Of a stretch of 64,000 nt of DNA, positions 58,283 through 64,000 are shown in pieces (position 1 is the first letter of the stretch; every line of letters begins with the position of its first letter). Source of the DNA: Octopus vulgaris. Its lineage: Eukaryota. Where the stretch lies: NCBI GenBank assembly GCA_951406725.2, contig OX597825.1, positions 27,032,001-27,096,000 of the forward strand, read 5' to 3'. Position numbers and translations under genes: made by a program. A model generated the notes under the pieces. It was not told the DNA's origin and did no database searches. It worked only from the letters and a program-made list of their open reading frames with translations.

Positions 58283-58494
58283 ATAATAATCCTTTCTACT
58301 ATAAGCACAGAGCCTGACATTTTGGAGGAGGAAACCAGTTGATTTCATCGAACCGTGTACGCAACTGATATTTAATTTATGGACTGTGAAAGGAAAACTT
58401 GACCTCGGCGAAATTTGAACTCAGAACGTAGCGACGGGAGATAGTTCGCTAAGCAACGTCCTGCGTGCTAACATTTCTGCCAGCTCGCCGCCTT
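58283..58494 (-). mobile_element. SINE family B variant (ATT-tailed type), degenerate
   Basis: ATAATAATCCTTTCTACTATAAGCACA...GACCTCGGCGAAATTTGAACTCAGAACGTA...GCCAGCTCGCCGCCTTA. Confidence 0.8.
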
Positions 58495-59249
58495 AGAATG
58501 TAATAATAAGATGGCTATCAAGTTCACAATGTTACATGCACAATATAAGGTAAATGTAGGTTCAGTAGGATAAATAATACCCCTTGTTGTATACCACTCG
58601 TCTGCTTGTTTAACTTTACCGTGAATATATGGTGTTTTTTGGAGCATTTGCTCTCATTTTAGCAAGTGGTATTATATACCCTACTGAATCTAAGTTTACC
58701 GTATAGTGTACCTGTAAAGGTGTGAACTTCCCAGTCACCTTATTAATGCATAATAATAAGTGGCAAGTTTGTGTTTGTGAATTTGTTATTTCAACTCCTC
58801 CGAGACTATCCAACAGACCTTCGTAAAACTTGACACGTTGGAGTGCTTAAGCCCATCCGGTCACTTACGCGCTTGAATTTATTTAAAAATCGATTTTTAA
58901 TCAGCATCGATTTTTCAAACCTCTTAACATCTCAGCATTTTTCGCACTGCCCATCGTGGCATCAATTTCACGAAAAATGTTTCATGGGTTTAAACAGACA
59001 GCTTATTAACGGTAATCTAGTTAGCATTTGTTAATTCTTCATTTCAATGCGATTTCTTTTGATTTGCTAAAAGTTATTATCGCAATTCGGAGTTTCAATT
59101 CCACAGCGTTTCAGGTTTTGATTAGGTAAGAGCGTTTTATTTCGCCAGCAAAATTTAGGCAGCTTGTGCACTAGCCATCGAAAAACGTTCGGCAGATTCG
59201 TCTACTGAAATTTCTTGAAGGTGGTGCCTTTAGCATACTTAGTACATGG

Positions 59250-59432
59250 ATTTACCAAAGAAATAAACATGAAATTTGGCTTAGAATATTGTGCCAAAGG
59301 AACCGTTAAAAGAGGATAACTAGTTAACAATAGCAACATCATACTAAATAAAACAAATGAAATTAGAGAATTAGCCCAAAATCAGACATGTAGATATTTA
59401 GGAATCAATGAACTAGATACGATACAACACAC
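59250..59432 (+). mobile_element. R4/Dong-clade RT fragment
   Basis: FTKEINMKFGLEYCAKGTVKRG*L...EIRELAQNQTCRYLGINE resembles FSxDIGMxFGLDKCAK..YKYLGI. Confidence 0.75.
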
Positions 59433-59484
59433 ATACAAATATGCACATACATACATACATACATACATACATACATACATACAT

Positions 59485-59593
59485 ACAAAAATACCCTGTT
59501 GTTGATGTTGAAATTCCAATGAAGGGGCCTTGGGTCTCGTTTAGAAGCCGCTTCTTACTCTATTAGCAAGATATCTTGAAGTAAACTGAATAA
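59485..59593 (+). repeat. Second copy of the 13851-13950 repeat
   Basis: Direct similarity, flanked by (CATA)n. Confidence 0.7.
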
Positions 59594-60117
59594 TTACGTA
59601 CATACATATATCACCCCGATGTTAAAGGGGAAGACAGTCGCACAAGATACCACACAGTTGTACCGAACCTGCGACTGCCACTCTATGTAACTTTTTCTCT
59701 CTAAACAAGCGACTAACTCTTAGCTGGTAGTCTTGGTGAGATAAAGGAACGAAGATAACATACTCATAGGCTCGAATGTTTGGATTTAAAAGTAAATCGC
59801 TTCATTCAGCTAGTTTCTCCTCTTTCTCATCACTATTTCATGTGTTTCAACATGTCAGATATTGTTCTAAAATAATTCATAATATATATTGTATTTTATA
59901 TATCTTATGATTGATGTTCATTTGGTCAAGAAGTTGAGAGCAAGCATACAAATGGGATATGAAGACTAAAATTCTAAAAGAAAATAAGTGTCTGAAAATG
60001 AATCAGAAAAATTAACAATGAAATACATGAAATATTTTCGAGCGTTCCATTACTGCAAACTCAAAAAAATTCATACACACACACAAGTATATATGTATAT
60101 ATAAATAAATGTATGTG

Positions 60118-60160
<43 letters not shown>

Positions 60161-60236
60161 TTATGTATATATGTATATATACATATATTTATATACATAT
60201 ATATACGCACACACACACACACACACACATATATAT

Positions 60237-60310
<74 letters not shown>

Positions 60311-61649
60311 TTATAGGTATATATAAAGACAAAAATATAAGAAATTAGTGGATGTGATATTGGTCGTCCATCTTCTGAGAATAAGATGTGTATTGGAAGT
60401 GACATTCTTTCTTTAAGATTGCATCGCGTCTAAAAATTTAGTACGTTCCTTCATGTAAGTAAATTTATGAAAGCTGTTTAGAGAAAATATTTAAAGAACG
60501 ATGTCAATTGGACATATTGATGGATAATGCTGAAAATGTGTTTAGGCGGGAAGTTATTTATGAAATATATAGATCTGTGTATGTAATTGTTAGGGAATAT
60601 GTATTTTTAAGTATGTGTGTGTTATCAGCTTCGCAATGTGGAGCTTGGATAACATATATATGAACAAAAAAAGAAAAAAATGATATATATACAACTCTAT
60701 GAAGAAGATATTATTTTTTAAAATGCATTAATAATAGAATCTGCACTAAATAGATCGATAATATTTGGAATTGAGTGTGTAAAAAAAACAGGTTTGTGGG
60801 GAAAATCTGAACAATTACTCCCGAGATAACATCGCAGCATGGATATATGGAAACGAGCTTAACTCATATTTTTTTTCCTCTTTTTTTGGTATAAACATGA
60901 AGTAGTGTGTCAGCATTATTTGTAAACTTTTGATTTTCTTTTACGTAAAGCGGTAATTCAACTCTGCATATTTAACAAAATAAAAAGTTTTTGCTTATTT
61001 ACAACGTACACAATTCATATTTAAATCTTCATTTGCATCTTCCTCTCTCAAAACACACACGTACACACGTACACACTTAAATACACAGACACAGAGATAC
61101 ACACACACACACAAATACTCACACACACACGTATATAGAAAATATTTTGGACATATTTATTTTTCCAAATATAAGCACATTTTCATGTTCCGTAGCGAAA
61201 TGAAATATATTCGTGCCAGTTGAACTAACAGAACGACATAAATAAATGAATAGAAACTCTTTAAAATACATCAGCCTGAAATCGGATCTTCTAACTAAAA
61301 GACAAAATAAAAATTAATTATGAAAACTACATTCGAAATTAATAGAAAGCATTTCAAAATAACGTGATATATGCAGACATACCTACACACAAATCCATAT
61401 ACACACATACATAAACGCGCAGACACACGAAATCTCACACAAACACACAGACACGCAGACGTATGCGAACATATACACAGGTACAATCACACACACACAC
61501 ACACAATGCTCCAGTAGCATCTCCAACCGATATTGCATTCCCTTACGGGCATTTTGAAATTTAACACAGTGAACTGCCACGAAAAATTAGTTCGAATCGC
61601 AAGGTGATATGTAAAAACTATCACACCGTATTACGATAGAACGAAATAG

Positions 61650-61780
61650 AAAGAATCGGTTATCAACTTTGCGTTCTGAGTTCAACCTCCGCCGAGGTCG
61701 ACAAAATAGTTACGGGTTGTGTACTCGGATCATTGTAATCGACTTACCTATTCCACCGATAGCTGGCCTTGTACCAACAT
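61650..61780 (+). mobile_element. SINE family B fragment
   Basis: CGTTCTGAGTTCAACCTCCGCCGAGGTCGAC...TGTAATCGACTTA...GGCCTTGTACC. Confidence 0.65.
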
Positions 61781-62197
61781 CTAAATAAATGATTTTCTTT
61801 TTTTTAAAAGTAGTGATGAAGTCATGTGGATCTGCTTGTTCTCCGAGAAAATTGATGTTCAGATATTTTCCAGTATGAAAGTAAAGTAACCTACACTGGT
61901 TTGAATTTTAAAATTTAGATAAAGTAATTAATCTAACGGCCTGGATAATTAAGCAAATACAGTCCACTAAATCGTTTATCAAAATCTTCGATTGTTGCGG
62001 AGATATAGAATATGATATTTCGAAAAGAATCCAAGCTGACAAATTAGTTAAACAAAGATTAGTGCTGATCAAATTCAATTGGTATATACTAATAAATAAC
62101 GTGGATATATAATATACTAAGATGTTTACCTTATATTTACAACACTAGGCATATTTCAGTATATATGTATATATACATGTATGTGTATGTATGTATA

Positions 62198-62322
<125 letters not shown>

Positions 62323-62641
62323 CTCTCTACCTCTGTCTTTCTGGAGTTTAATCATTTCCGTTGCTGTTATTGACTTACTCTTTGTATATATATATTTATA
62401 TACTTGCAATATACTTATTATATATATTGGGCGCAAACTGCATCGACTAACATACTTGTGGAGTTCTCATCCATGTATTAAAAGTAGTAGTAACGTCGGT
62501 TCCTACCGAACAGCCATCTTTAGGTGGCGATAAATAACTTCTCCGTATAGTTATTGCTTTCATCTCGGATAGATTTTCTCAACTTGCTAATTTGCTTTAT
62601 ATACTTACAAAGATACGCACACACGTATATATCTTTATATA

Positions 62642-62697
<56 letters not shown>

Positions 62698-63949
62698 TGT
62701 GTGTGTGTGTGTGTGTGTGTGTGCATGTATGTATATATTCGTAGAAATCAACGAAACTATATGCTTTATATTCACGTTTCACTGAAAATTTGAATTCTCT
62801 GAGCGTTCACATCTGAAATATATTGACTTTATAATTTGCTTAGAAACCTTCAATTTGGATGCTGGATTTGATGCTTCTTAATCCTTCCAGTTAAATCTTA
62901 GATTAAGAATTATTATACATGGATGTTTTTGTGTGTTTTTATAGAAAACGTGAAAGAAATATATAATTATTTGTACTAGCTTACGAAGACGTGTCTCTCT
63001 TTCTCACTCACTCTACTCCACCTCTATCGAAATTCCTCCCTCTTACTCTTTCAATATATTAATTAATTGTAGTTTTTACTGTATATCTTATTTGAATGCA
63101 GTGTTTACCTTTGGCGTATAATTTTGTTGTTACCGCTGCTTAATCAGACAAACGTTCAAAACAGTTAAGCAATTAAAGTTTGATGTATATGTGCCGATGG
63201 GATATTGGGGTATATCGTTATTTCCTGGCACGGCTGGTGACTTCGTGTCTCTATCAATAACTTTTATTCACATGAATCGCAATTATCTCAACTGTCATTT
63301 GTCTCTAGAAATCATCATTATTCCGGCACCGTCCTTCAGCAAAATCCATCTGGATTCTTTCGAAGCAGTCTCAAAGTTGTTCTTGTAAGGCCTTCCTCTG
63401 TTCATTATTAAAACTGTATTTTGAAAGATTCCTTACTGTCTCGGATATACTATTTCACGAAGGCAACCTTTTGATGCACTAGAGAGAGAGACGTATACAC
63501 AAATACATACATAATACATACATACATACATACATGCATACATATATACACATGCACACACGCGCGCACACACAGACGCACATACACGAAGACATATGTG
63601 TGGACAAACGAGAGTTTCATGAATGGATGGAAACAGTATAATGTGGATTCTCTGCTACTTAGTTTGCAAGGCCATAGCGGGACTTTTCGTCACACCAGTA
63701 GTAATTCGAATAAATATGGAGGTGCAGGAAATCCAAGATGTTTATCGACGGATGGGCTACAATTTGTTAAGGAATGCCACGTGATATCGGAGTATTAGCA
63801 TTTATAGTGAAGCGACAGCAGTTCCTTGACAAAAAAAGCCGCATGGGTGAACAAGAAATGGACGACATGGTTGAACAGGAAATGGGTGGCGGTGGTGCCG
63901 CTGGGTATATGTGTATGTATGTACTTGTATGTGTGCGTGTGTATCACAC

Positions 63950-63989
<40 letters not shown>

Positions 63990-64000
63990 GGAGAATTCAC

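Noticed and set aside
63270-63460. Minus-strand NRGRPYK..SRDK resembling an RTE C-terminus
   Set aside because: Too degenerate to call.

Overview
AT-rich, microsatellite-dense eukaryotic DNA, not prokaryotic. The repeat content (tRNA-headed SINEs with internal AT/GT tracts, R4/Dong, RTE and CR1 LINEs, a Helitron, mariner remnants) is most consistent with an octopus or other coleoid cephalopod genome; this is inference, with no database search run. Most ORFs in the track are translations of (AT)n, (GT)n or (ATT)n microsatellites. No intact host protein-coding gene is confidently supported. From about 2.0 to 18.5 kb the minus strand carries a chain of largely phase-compatible exon-like blocks, including C-type-lectin-like motifs, with in-frame stops and broken splice donors, read here as a decayed multi-exon gene. 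Several lesions are 'A where G is needed'. The rest is a transposon graveyard: a young 5'-truncated CR1-type LINE (19.1-20.4 kb), several R4/Dong-type LINE pieces associated with (TAA)n tracts, RTE fragments, a non-autonomous Helitron, mariner remnants, a probable solo LTR and more than 10 SINE copies. There are also several near-perfect local inverted duplications anchored on (AT)n tracts (7.5, 12.0, 44.5 and 54.4 kb).
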